From an uncultured Parvibaculum sp. (GTDB lineage Bacteria > Pseudomonadota > Alphaproteobacteria > Parvibaculales > Parvibaculaceae), in NCBI GenBank assembly GCA_964573935.1, contig CAZNLO010000001.1, positions 13,571 through 77,570 of the forward strand: a stretch of 64,000 nt of DNA, in the 5' to 3' direction. This document shows, piece by piece, positions 8,832 through 17,602 of this stretch. The translations under genes were made by a program, and so were the position numbers. A model generated the notes under the pieces. It was not told the DNA's origin. It saw only the letters and a program-made list of their open reading frames with translations, and did not search any database. Position 1 is the first letter of the stretch, and each line of letters starts with the position of its first letter.

Positions 8832-9890
8832 CTACCGGCTGGTGGTTTTATCGAGAGGCCAGCGGGCGCGGGGTTCGAGGCTCATAGGCGAGCGCTCTCC
8901 TGCCGCCAGATGTTCGAGCCCGGCCCAGGCAATCATGGCGCCATTATCCGTGCAGAGTGCAACAGGGGGGACTTCCAGGCTGAAACCCTGCTCGGTTGCG
9001 GTCTGGGCAAGGCGGGTACGCAAAGCCTGATTGGCGGCGACACCCCCCGCTACAACAAGGCGAGGACCTGCTCCCAGCGCATCACGGGTCAAGGACATGG
9101 CGCGGGTAACTTTGGCGGCCAGCACGTCCGCGACGGCTGCCTGAAAACCTCCCGCGATGTCTGCTTTGTCGGCTTCGCTCAGGCCGCCGTCTTCGCGACA
9201 GGCCAGAATGTGTTTACGAGTTGCCGTCTTGAGGCCGGAGAAAGAAAAATCGCAATCGGCCCGGTTAAGCAGGGGGCGGGGCAGGTTAAACCGGCTCGCG
9301 TCCCCTCTTTTTGCGTAGGCTTCGATTGCGGGGCCGCCAGGGTAGGGCAGGCCCATCATCTTGGCGGTCTTGTCGTAGGCCTCTCCGACCGCATCATCAA
9401 TTGTAGAGCCCAGCCGCTGGTAATCTCCCAGTCCTTTCACATGCAAAAGCTGGCAATGTCCACCGGAGACAAGCAACAGCAGATAGGGGAAAGGCGTTTC
9501 ATTGGTGAGCCGCGTGGTGAGCGCATGTCCTTCCAGATGATTGACACCAAAAAAGGGTAAATCGTGGACCAGCGCGATGGCCTTGGCGGTCATCAGCCCG
9601 ACAATCACCCCGCCAATAAGGCCGGGCCCCGCCGTGGCGGCAATGCCGTCCAGGTCATGGAAGGTAAGCTTTGCCGTTGCGAGGGCCCGTTTCACCAGAC
9701 CGTCCAGATGAACGAGGTGGGCGCGGGCCGCTATTTCGGGCACCACGCCGCCATAGGGTGCATGTTCTTCGATCTGGCTCAGGACTTCATTGGCGAGGAT
9801 GGCAGGCCGCCCGTCTGCCCGACGCTGGACAATGGCGACTGCCGTTTCATCGCAGCTTGTCTCAATTCCCATAATGGTGAACGCGGGCAT
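8832..9890 (-). CDS. tsaD: tRNA N6-threonylcarbamoyltransferase catalytic subunit
   Basis: GIETSCDET, GGVVPEIAARAH, NHLEGH, LLVSGGH, DDAVGEAYDK and CTDNGAMIA motifs; start ATG 9890. Confidence 0.97.
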   Translation of the reverse strand: MPAFTIMGIETSCDETAVAIVQRRADGRPAILANEVLSQIEEHAPYGGVVPEIAARAHLVHLDGLVKRALATAKLTFHDLDGIAATAGPGLIGGVIVGLMTAKAIALVHDLPFFGVNHLEGHALTTRLTNETPFPYLLLLVSGGHCQLLHVKGLGDYQRLGSTIDDAVGEAYDKTAKMMGLPYPGGPAIEAYAKRGDASRFNLPRPLLNRADCDFSFSGLKTATRKHILACREDGGLSEADKADIAGGFQAAVADVLAAKVTRAMSLTRDALGAGPRLVVAGGVAANQALRTRLAQTATEQGFSLEVPPVALCTDNGAMIAWAGLEHLAAGERSPMSLEPRARWPLDKTTSR

Positions 9891-10037
9891 TCTCTCTCGT
9901 CTTTCCTCGCGGAGCCGGGCCCCAGGGCCCAGGCTTGCTTCCGGCATCTGCAACGCCCCTGTGGCCAATCCGCACAATAGCCCGGAAACAGGCTCGTCTG
10001 GAAAGCAAAACCCGGTATAAGAAGGCAACTTGATTTA

Positions 10038-10131
10038 CCGCATTTCCGAACCGCAAAAAAGTTTTGCTGAAAATGCTTCTTTATTCACCGCATTTTCGAA
10101 CCGCAAAAAAATCTTGCTGAAAATGCTCTAG
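10038..10131. repeat. Two tandem copies (50-nt period) of a REP/RIME-like palindrome
   Basis: CCGCATTTCCGAACCGCAAAAAAGTTTTGCTGAAAATGCT (10038-10077) and CCGCATTTTCGAACCGCAAAAAAATCTTGCTGAAAATGCT (10088-10127). Confidence 0.8.
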
Positions 10132-10148
10132 CACCCGGTCTGGTCTGT

Positions 10149-11072
10149 ATGCAACGTCCTATTCGTATTGGAACCCGTGGGTCTGATCTTGCCCTTGTTC
10201 AGGCGCGCAGCGTGGCGGTGGCCCTTGCTCATGCGCACGGGCTGGAGGAGAGCCGGTTTGAGATCGTCACGATCCAAACCACGGGAGATGCAGAAAAGGA
10301 AAGACGGCTTTCGGAGATCGGTGGCAAAGGTCTGTTTACCAAGGAAATTGAAGAAGCCCTGCTCGACGGGCGGATCGACCTTGCCGTTCATTCCATGAAG
10401 GATGTGCAGAGCGTGCTGCCGCTTGGCCTTATTATTGATTGTGTTTTGGAGCGTGAAGACCCGCGCGATACCTTCATCAGCCCCGTGGCGCGTTCCATTG
10501 AGACGCTGCCGCAAGGGGCCAGATTTGGCACCTCATCGCTTCGTCGTGCTGCGCAGGTACTGGCGAAGCGCCCGGACCTTGAGATTGTTCCGTTTCGCGG
10601 TAATGTGGGCACCCGGCTGAAGAAGCTGAAAGAAGGCGTTGCGGCCGCAACATTGCTGGCACAGGCAGGGCTTAACCGTCTTGGGCTGGCGGAGGTAGCG
10701 ACGGACCCAATGTCTCCAGAGATTATGCTGCCCGCAGTGGCCCAAGGTATTGTTGGCATTGAGCGGCGGGTGGAAGATGAGGAGGTCGCGGATCTGGTCT
10801 CGAAGATACACCATGTTGAAACCGCTATCACCTTGACCATGGAACGGGCCTTTCTTGCCGCTCTGAACGGATCCTGCCGGACGCCGCTTGCAGGCCACGC
10901 GACTTTTAAAAACGGGCGGCTCAAATTTCGCGGCCAAATTTTGACCCCTGACGGCAAGATCGTTCATACAGCACAACGCGAGGGGTCGGCTGTTCTTGCC
11001 GCGGCGCTGGGAGCAGATGCTGCCACCGAACTCAAAGCAAAAGCGGGTCCTGATTTTTTCTCGAACTGGTGA
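10149..11072 (+). CDS. hemC: Hydroxymethylbilane synthase
   Basis: IGTRGSDLA, GGKGLFTKE, AVHSMKD, RGNVGTRL and GSCRTP motifs. Confidence 0.98.
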   Translation: MQRPIRIGTRGSDLALVQARSVAVALAHAHGLEESRFEIVTIQTTGDAEKERRLSEIGGKGLFTKEIEEALLDGRIDLAVHSMKDVQSVLPLGLIIDCVLEREDPRDTFISPVARSIETLPQGARFGTSSLRRAAQVLAKRPDLEIVPFRGNVGTRLKKLKEGVAAATLLAQAGLNRLGLAEVATDPMSPEIMLPAVAQGIVGIERRVEDEEVADLVSKIHHVETAITLTMERAFLAALNGSCRTPLAGHATFKNGRLKFRGQILTPDGKIVHTAQREGSAVLAAALGADAATELKAKAGPDFFSNW

Positions 11073-11794
11073 GCAAACCCATGCACGTTCTGGTGACACG
11101 GCCACGGCAGGATGGGGAAGCTTTGGCGGTTGTGTTGCGCGGTGCCGGCCATACAGTCACGGTTGATCCGCTGCTTACGATCTTATTCAAATCTGATGTC
11201 CCGCTTTCTTCAACGCGGCCCCAGGCACTTGTTGTGACAAGTGCCAATGGTCTGCGGGCGCTTGAAGCGCGTGGGGGCTGTGGGGCGTGGAAGGATGTGG
11301 CGTTGTTTGCCGTGGGACCGACGACGGCTGCGCTGGCGCGCGGGGCCGGATTTTGCAAGGTGCATGAAGCGGGGGGCGATGTGGTGTCGCTTGCAGCGCT
11401 TGTAGCGGCGCGTGCAGACCCGGCGGCAGGCCCGGTATTACATATTGCCGGTACGGTTACGGCGGGTGATTTGAAGGGGTCGCTGGAGGCGGCAGGCTTT
11501 CAGGTTGAACGAACGATCCTCTATGAGGCACGGGCCGCTGACAGTCTGGCGGCAGAAACCATTTGCGCGCTTCGCGAGGGACGCATTGAGGGGGTGCTGC
11601 TTTACTCTCGCCGATCGGCGGAAACGTTTGCCTGCCTGTGCGAGGCAGCGGGGCTCCAAGGCGCTTTGGGAGGGCTTGAAGCCTATTGCCTGTCGGCGAA
11701 CGCGGCGGTGCCCCTTTCTGATCTCGGCCTTGGCGGCATCCATGTGGCGGCGCACCCCGGGGAAGCACAATTGCTGGCCCTGATCCGGCCCTAA
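11069..11794 (+). CDS. hemD: Uroporphyrinogen-III synthase
   Basis: VLVTRP, TSANG, AVGPTTA and YSRRSA motifs; overlaps the hemC stop. Confidence 0.93.
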   Translation: MSKPMHVLVTRPRQDGEALAVVLRGAGHTVTVDPLLTILFKSDVPLSSTRPQALVVTSANGLRALEARGGCGAWKDVALFAVGPTTAALARGAGFCKVHEAGGDVVSLAALVAARADPAAGPVLHIAGTVTAGDLKGSLEAAGFQVERTILYEARAADSLAAETICALREGRIEGVLLYSRRSAETFACLCEAAGLQGALGGLEAYCLSANAAVPLSDLGLGGIHVAAHPGEAQLLALIRP

Positions 11795-11843
11795 TTCGCC
11801 TATAGTGAGAGCTTAAGTGATGTGAACAGGATGCAGGCGGATC

Positions 11844-13028
11844 ATGACAGAAAGCAACGGGCCCTCCTCGGGCAAGGACGCAGCCGCAAAAACAGTCGAG
11901 GGTGACGAGGTGTCCCCGCATAAAACTATCGAAGGGGCGGCGGTTGATGTGACCGCGCGCAACCGGATGGTTGTGCTGGCGACGGGATTTATCGGCGGTG
12001 TTGTCGGGGCAGGCCTTATTGGTGCCGGGCTTTACTTCTCTCAGCCAGCAGACACCAGCGGCCTTGATGTCCGGGTGAGCGCGCTTTCGGCTGACCTCAA
12101 AGAGCTGGAGGGGCGTCTGGGGCGGGAAACCGGCGGGGCCTATGCCCGGTTGGCCACGGTGGAGGAGCATGTTCGGCGCCATGACGATCAGATAGGCGAT
12201 GCGCCGATTGGCGAGCGGCTACTGGCGTTGCAAAATTTTGCTGGTCAGGTTCAAGAAGATATGGCCGTTCTGGAAGACAGGCTGGCGGTGTTTGATGTGG
12301 ACGGTGTTGCCCGATCGCTGGAGGTTTTTGGACGCGTGCTGAACGATCTCGCTGAGACCGTTGATGCGCTGGAGGTGGCGCAGCTTCCAGCCGACCTGCC
12401 GGACCGAGTAGGGCAGTTAGCGCAAGGGGTCAATGCGGGCGCAGAGCAGATCAACACGCTTGCCCTGAAGCTGGACGCCCTTGAGGAGGAGGTGGCGAGG
12501 CCCGACCCGAGTGCGCAGGCTGCGCTGGGGATAGCGCTTGCCAATCTTGCGCGCGCGGTTGATGCGGGCACACCTTTTGTGGCCGAGCTTGAGGCCATCG
12601 CCGCCCTCGCGCCGCAAGACCCGGCTGTAGCAGCCCTTCTTGAGGTGGCTCCAGATGGGGTGCGCTCTTTTACGGCTCTGAAATTCCAGTTTACAAACCT
12701 TGTCGACCCTTTGCTTGTGGCTGAGCGGCAGGCCGGACGTGAAACTTACTGGGACCGGTTTGTCGGAAATGTTCTCTCGGTCGTTACTGTGCGCCGGGTG
12801 GGGGATGTGGCGGGCGATAGCGTTGAGGCTATTGTTGCGCGCACGGAAATACGGCTTGATGCAGAAGACCTGTCTGGCGCGGTTGCACAAGTGCAGGGCC
12901 TTTCCGGTGCGGCGGCTGATGTCGCGGCTGTGTGGCTTGAGCAGGCAGACGCACGCGTGCGTGTGGACCGTTTGACGCGAGAGCTTTCAGCGCGGGTGCT
13001 GGGCGTGCTCGCAGGCAGACAGGAGTAA
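11844..13028 (+). CDS. COG4223/Mic60 (mitofilin)-like inner membrane protein
   Basis: TIEG motif, one TM helix, coiled coil, C-terminal mitofilin-like region; position between hemD and hemY. Confidence 0.8.
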   Translation: MTESNGPSSGKDAAAKTVEGDEVSPHKTIEGAAVDVTARNRMVVLATGFIGGVVGAGLIGAGLYFSQPADTSGLDVRVSALSADLKELEGRLGRETGGAYARLATVEEHVRRHDDQIGDAPIGERLLALQNFAGQVQEDMAVLEDRLAVFDVDGVARSLEVFGRVLNDLAETVDALEVAQLPADLPDRVGQLAQGVNAGAEQINTLALKLDALEEEVARPDPSAQAALGIALANLARAVDAGTPFVAELEAIAALAPQDPAVAALLEVAPDGVRSFTALKFQFTNLVDPLLVAERQAGRETYWDRFVGNVLSVVTVRRVGDVAGDSVEAIVARTEIRLDAEDLSGAVAQVQGLSGAAADVAAVWLEQADARVRVDRLTRELSARVLGVLAGRQE

Positions 13029-13033
13029 GGTGT

Positions 13034-14566
13034 ATGTGGCGGGTTCTTGTTCCCTTTGGTTTATTGGCTGTTCTGTCGGGTCTGGTGATCTGGCTTGCTG
13101 ACAATCCGGGTACGCTTACCGTGCTCTGGCAGGGGTATGAAATTCGTACGAGTTTTATCGCCGGGCTTTTTGCCGTTTCTCTGACAACTTTCATTGTGCT
13201 GCTGGGCTACCGGTTGTTTGCGACCTTCATGAAAAGTCCCGCCGGGTTCACGTCCTTTCTGGCGTCGCGTAGGCGGCGTAAAGGCTATCAGGCCTTGTCG
13301 CGGGGGCTGGTGGCGATTGCTGCGGGGGATGCGCGCGAAGGCACTCTCTATGCATCGCAGGCGCATAGGCTGCTTGATGAGCCCGCCATGACATTGCTGC
13401 TGGCGGCACAGGCGGCACAGCTCAGTGGGGACGGTGACGGGGCAGGCCGGTTTTTTGAAGAGATGCGGGGTCAACCGGAAACAGAGTTTCTGGGATTACG
13501 TGGTCTTTATGTTCAGGCGGAGCGGGCGGGCGACAAGGGCGCGGCGCGCTCTTATGCCGAGAAAGCATTTGCGCTTCGCCCGCGCACAGGGTGGGCAGCG
13601 GAGGCAGCCTTTACCCTTCAGGTGGCTGACGGGTCGTTTGAGGTTGCAGCGCGCACGCTTGATAAAATGGTGCAGGTGAAACTTGTGACGCGCGATGTTG
13701 CGCGGCGCCGCCGGGCGGTTTTGCTGACGGCGGAAGCGATGGTGCTCAGGGGTGATGAAGAAACCGTGGAGCGGGCACGGGTGCTGGCGCTCGAAGCGGC
13801 GGAGCTTGAGCCTGGTTTTGCGCCCAGTGTGGCGCTGGCGGCGCGGTTGCTGGCGGATAGTGCGCAGACGCGCAAGGCCGGGCGTCTTATCGAGCGCGCC
13901 TGGGCCACACACCCCCACCCTGATCTGGCGGATGTATATCTGACGCTTGACCCTGCGGAGCAACCCTTCGATCGCCTACGTCGGGTGAGGGGGCTGGTTG
14001 CCCGCAAACCGGGCGCGGGGGAAAGCCAGATGGTGCTGGCGCGTGCGGCTCTTGGCGCGCGGGATTTTGAGGGGGCACGGGAGGCTCTGGCCCCCTTGTT
14101 GAGTGATGACCCCACGCAACGTATTTGTGAGCTGATGGGTGAGTTGGAAGTTCAGGCGCCCGCCGGGACGCGGACACCTGATGTGGCTCGTGAATGGTTT
14201 GCGCGCGCGCTTCATGCCCCGGCTGATCCGTGCTGGGTGGGCGAGGGCTATCAGGGGGATGACTGGGTGGCGGTGGTGCCGGCTACGGGCGCATTCGATG
14301 CGCTCAACTGGCAGACGCCGCCTCGCCGCCAAGGTGTTCGGGCCGCTCTCGTGCCGCCTGAAGCACCGGTGGTGCCCGAGACACAAGGTACAGAGACGGT
14401 TAGCGACCAGGCCGTTCTTGAGGGGGAAGATGATGTGGCTCTCCCGGAGAAGAGTATTGACCTTGTTCAGGGCCGGCCAAAAATTGATGTGCGGGCTGTA
14501 TTTCCCGAACATGTTGTGGTTGCGCCTGATGATCCGGGACCGGAGGGTGTGGGAGAGAGGCGTTAA
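13034..14566 (+). CDS. hemY: HemY-like TPR membrane protein
   Basis: Two N-terminal TM helices, LLLAAQAAQ, FLGLRGL, AWATHPHPDL and DPCW motifs. Confidence 0.9.
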   Translation: MWRVLVPFGLLAVLSGLVIWLADNPGTLTVLWQGYEIRTSFIAGLFAVSLTTFIVLLGYRLFATFMKSPAGFTSFLASRRRRKGYQALSRGLVAIAAGDAREGTLYASQAHRLLDEPAMTLLLAAQAAQLSGDGDGAGRFFEEMRGQPETEFLGLRGLYVQAERAGDKGAARSYAEKAFALRPRTGWAAEAAFTLQVADGSFEVAARTLDKMVQVKLVTRDVARRRRAVLLTAEAMVLRGDEETVERARVLALEAAELEPGFAPSVALAARLLADSAQTRKAGRLIERAWATHPHPDLADVYLTLDPAEQPFDRLRRVRGLVARKPGAGESQMVLARAALGARDFEGAREALAPLLSDDPTQRICELMGELEVQAPAGTRTPDVAREWFARALHAPADPCWVGEGYQGDDWVAVVPATGAFDALNWQTPPRRQGVRAALVPPEAPVVPETQGTETVSDQAVLEGEDDVALPEKSIDLVQGRPKIDVRAVFPEHVVVAPDDPGPEGVGERR

Positions 14567-14583
14567 GGCGAGGGGAATTTCTG

Positions 14584-15549
14584 ATGATTGGTAAGACAGT
14601 AAAGATTTTAGGTGGGTTGTTTGCAGGTGCGCTGGGGGCGTTGTTTGTTGCCTATGGTGCATTCGATAGATCGGCGGATGAACTTCGACCTCTTTATGCC
14701 AGTGAGGCGTCGCAGTTTCTGGCTTTGCCGTCGGGCGCGGTGGTGCATTACCGTGATGAGGGGAATGCTACGGGGTCTGTTCTGCTGCTTGTTCATGGAT
14801 CGAATGCGTCGCTACATACGTGGGAGCCCTGGGTGGGGCTGCTAGGGGATGCGTTTCGTGTTGTGACTCTTGACCTTCCGGGGCACGGTCTGACCGGCGT
14901 GCACGGGAGTGATGTGTATACCCGCGCCGGGCAGGTGGCGTTCGTGAAGGAATTTATGGATGCGGTGGGGCTTTCTTCCTTTGTCATGGGAGGAAACTCC
15001 ATGGGCGGAGGTGTGACGCTTCTTTATGCGGTTACCCACGGGAACGACCTTCGCGGTATTATCCCGGTGTCTTCTTCAGGCATGCCGCGTAACCTGGAGG
15101 CCTCACCGCCTCTGGCGTTTCGGCTGGCCCGCATACCGGTGCTTAACCAGGTGATGCGCTACATCACGCCGCGCTCAATGGTTGAGGATGGTTTGCGCCA
15201 CGCCATTGAGGATGACGCGCTGGTGACGGTGGCAATGGTGGATCGCTATTACGACCTCGCCCTTTACGAAGGCAATCGGGCGGCGACCATCGCGCGGTTC
15301 CAGGGCCGGGAGCCGGGAGCTGGCGACACGCTTGGCGAAGACCTGAAAGCGATGAAGCTGCCCACGCTTATCATCTGGGGGGAGAGCGACCGGCTGATCC
15401 CGGTGGCTGACGCACATGCGATGGCGGCGGTGCTGCCTCACGCCAGGCTTGTGATCTATGAGAATGTCGGTCATATGGCGATGGAGGAAGCAGCGATGGT
15501 AAGTGCGGGTGAAGTGCGTGCCTTTATGTTGTCGCTTGAGGCGCTGTAG
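14584..15549 (+). CDS. Alpha/beta fold hydrolase with N-terminal membrane anchor
   Basis: HGSNASL oxyanion motif, GNSMGG nucleophile, WGESD acid, GHMAMEE histidine. Confidence 0.92.
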   Translation: MIGKTVKILGGLFAGALGALFVAYGAFDRSADELRPLYASEASQFLALPSGAVVHYRDEGNATGSVLLLVHGSNASLHTWEPWVGLLGDAFRVVTLDLPGHGLTGVHGSDVYTRAGQVAFVKEFMDAVGLSSFVMGGNSMGGGVTLLYAVTHGNDLRGIIPVSSSGMPRNLEASPPLAFRLARIPVLNQVMRYITPRSMVEDGLRHAIEDDALVTVAMVDRYYDLALYEGNRAATIARFQGREPGAGDTLGEDLKAMKLPTLIIWGESDRLIPVADAHAMAAVLPHARLVIYENVGHMAMEEAAMVSAGEVRAFMLSLEAL

Positions 15550-15676
15550 GGATGCCAGCGCGTCAGTATTTATTGAGGCTTTGTAAGGTGTTTTGTGCAA
15601 TCAATGTTGCCAAGCGGGAAAGATGGGTTTAAGGATTTGCCGCTTCCCGCGTTGTCTTGAGACGCAGACTGGTTAC

Positions 15677-15752
15677 GCCGCTATAGCTCAGTTGGTAGAG
15701 CACATCATTCGTAATGATGGGGTCGGGTGTTCGAGTCACCCTAGCGGCACCA
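15677..15752 (+). tRNA. tRNA-Thr (CGT)
   Basis: Cloverleaf: GCCGCTA/TAGCGGC acceptor stem, CATCA-TT-CGT-AA-TGATG anticodon arm, GTTCGAGT T-loop, encoded CCA. Confidence 0.98.
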
Positions 15753-15839
15753 GTTAGCTTTCCCACCTTCTCTACGGACTATTGAGGTGAAAGGCCCAAT
15801 TGGGTTGAAATGGCCAGGGAATTTATTGAGGAATAAATA

Positions 15840-15995
15840 ATGTCAGACACAGCTGATTTTTGGGAGGCGATCGGTGAAAACCGGCGTCTTACCGGACCTG
15901 AAATAAAGGCGGGTAAAAAAATCCTGGGCATGACAGACGGCCAATTGGGCCGCGCGGTTCCGGCGGGTGCTGTCGAAAGAAGGACGCTACCCTGA
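15840..15995 (+). pseudogene. Truncated XRE-type HTH protein remnant (51 aa)
   Basis: GAGGA RBS; LTGPEIKAGKKILGMTDGQLGRAV resembles XRE helices 1-2; ends before a complete recognition helix. Confidence 0.45.
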
Positions 15996-16133
15996 CGAGC
16001 GCTCTCCCCGCCGGGGCTTTGCACCCTCGACCTTCTCAAGGGCAAGCTTCTGCGGGTGAATATGTGGGAGGGTTTTATCTTGGGGCGGCGGAGCGTATTC
16101 TTTGCAGTTCAGCGCGTCCCCGGGGGTGAAGTA

Positions 16134-16493
16134 TTGACTTACGAACAGTTTAACAGGTTCTGCAAGGCGCTTACGGCAACAACCTATGTAATGCAGTGGG
16201 GCGGAGCGCATGTCTGGAAAGTCGGTGGCAAGGTTTTTGCCATTGGCGGTTGGGATAGCGGCGAGGCGGCGATTACTTTCAAGGTGAGTAAGATCAGTTT
16301 TGAGATGTTGAAAGAAGAGCCGGGTCTACGGCCAGCGCCGTATCTGGCATCGCGAGGTATGTCGTGGATACAGCATTATCAAAAGCCAGGGCTCAGCGAT
16401 AAAGACCTGAAAGCTTATGTGACTGAATCCTACCGTATCGTGTCACTGGGGCTGACCAAGAAAAAGCAAAAAGAGCTGGGCCTTAACCAGTAG
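16134..16493 (+). CDS. MmcQ/YjbR family DNA-binding protein
   Basis: QWGGAHVWKVGGKVFA and PAPYLASRGMSW motifs; probable TTG start at 16134. Confidence 0.9.
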   Translation: MTYEQFNRFCKALTATTYVMQWGGAHVWKVGGKVFAIGGWDSGEAAITFKVSKISFEMLKEEPGLRPAPYLASRGMSWIQHYQKPGLSDKDLKAYVTESYRIVSLGLTKKKQKELGLNQ

Positions 16494-16520
16494 GCTTCTG
16501 GAAGTGTTTTCCCACAACAC

Positions 16521-16563
16521 AAAAACCCGCCCACCGGTGAAACCGGAGGCGGGTTTGGTTTTT
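16521..16563. terminator. Bidirectional terminator between mmcQ and cspA copy 1
   Basis: AAACCCGCC/GGCGGGTTT stem with inner hairpin and flanking A and T tracts. Confidence 0.75.
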
Positions 16564-16613
16564 CTCAAACGCTCAAGATGCGTTAAAGCGCGTCACTTTA
16601 TCTGCGACATGCC

Positions 16614-16823
16614 TTAGTCAGCGAGAGAGAGGTCTTCTGCAGAAGTTTTGCCATTCTGACCGGTCTGAAGCTCGTAATTGACCTTCTGGCCTTCGTTCAG
16701 CGTGGTGAGGCCTGCGCGTTCAACGGCAGAAATGTGAACAAACGCATCGTTGCCGCCACCTTCAGGCTCAATGAAACCGAAGCCTTTGGAAGGGTTGAAA
16801 AACTTGACTGTACCTGTTGGCAT
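16614..16823 (-). CDS. cspA: Cold-shock protein, copy 1 (69 aa)
   Basis: GTVKFFN, KGFGFI (RNP1) and FVHISA (RNP2); AAAGGA RBS. Confidence 0.97.
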   Translation of the reverse strand: MPTGTVKFFNPSKGFGFIEPEGGGNDAFVHISAVERAGLTTLNEGQKVNYELQTGQNGKTSAEDLSLAD

Positions 16824-16969
16824 ATTCGTATCCTTTAACATGCATATCGTCCGCGCTCACCACCATGGTGTTCGCGGGGTCTTCAACGTTCACATCGTCA
16901 GGAGATAAATAAGCCAACCGGTAGACCGGTCGTTCATGTAGCGCGCTTCAAATGTAATCCGTATGCATG

Positions 16970-16997
16970 TTTATAGATCGCAGGAGGTCTGAGTCAA
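16970..16997 (-). promoter_or_regulatory. sigma70 promoter of cspA copy 1
   Basis: TTGACT-N16-TATAAA on the minus strand; same position and spacing as in copy 2. Confidence 0.65.
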
Positions 16998-17050
16998 ACG
17001 TCTTGAGTTGCTCGATGGGTGATTGTGTATCCTTTTTTGGGCATGCTCAT

Positions 17051-17084
17051 AAAAAAACCGCCACCAGCGAAGCTGGCAGCGGTC
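17051..17084 (-). terminator. Terminator of cspA copy 2
   Basis: ACCGC-CCAGC/GCTGG-GCGGT hairpin with T7 on the minus strand. Confidence 0.7.
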
Positions 17085-17120
17085 TCAATGGGTCGTTGCC
17101 GACCGTCTCGCGTTGGGGCG

Positions 17121-17330
17121 TTAGCCGGCCACGGAGAGGTTTTCAGCAGACTCTTTGCCGTTACGGCCAGTTTCGAGCTCGTAATTGACCTTCTGGCCTT
17201 CGTTCAGCGTGGAAAGACCAGCGCGTTCAACGGCAGAAATGTGTACAAATGCGTCTTTGCCGCCATCTTCCGGCTCAATGAAACCGAAGCCTTTGGAAGG
17301 GTTGAAAAACTTGACTGTACCTGTTGGCAT
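17121..17330 (-). CDS. cspA: Cold-shock protein, copy 2 (69 aa)
   Basis: RNP1 and RNP2 motifs; 60 of 69 residues identical to copy 1 (manual count). Confidence 0.97.
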   Translation of the reverse strand: MPTGTVKFFNPSKGFGFIEPEDGGKDAFVHISAVERAGLSTLNEGQKVNYELETGRNGKESAENLSVAG

Positions 17331-17476
17331 ATTCGTATCCTTTAGCATGCATATCGTCCGCGCCCACCACCATGGTGGCCGCGGGGTCTTTAACGTTCAC
17401 ATTGTCAGGAGATAAATAAGCTAACCAGCAAGCCGGTTGTTCACGTAGCGCGCATCGAATGTATCCGTATCCACGC

Positions 17477-17504
17477 TATATAGAGGCTCTGTGGTTTAAG
17501 TCAA
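17477..17504 (-). promoter_or_regulatory. sigma70 promoter of cspA copy 2
   Basis: TTGACT-N16-TATATA on the minus strand. Confidence 0.65.
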
Positions 17505-17602
17505 TGATTGTGTGGGGTTTGCGTCAGGGTGGCGGCGCAAAAGGTGTGGAAATGCCGGTCAGCCCGAGCGTTTCCAGTGGTTTTTCTGAATGTGGAGACG
17601 CT

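Noticed and set aside
8766-9560. Long antisense ORFs, for example 8766-9560 opposite tsaD, 52265-53128 opposite the AKR and 56284-57039 opposite ybbP
   Set aside because: Shadow ORFs of well-supported genes in GC-rich DNA, with no family motifs.
10038-10131. Two 40-nt direct repeats as a mini CRISPR array
   Set aside because: Only two copies, a 10-nt spacer, no cas genes; better explained as REP-like palindromes.
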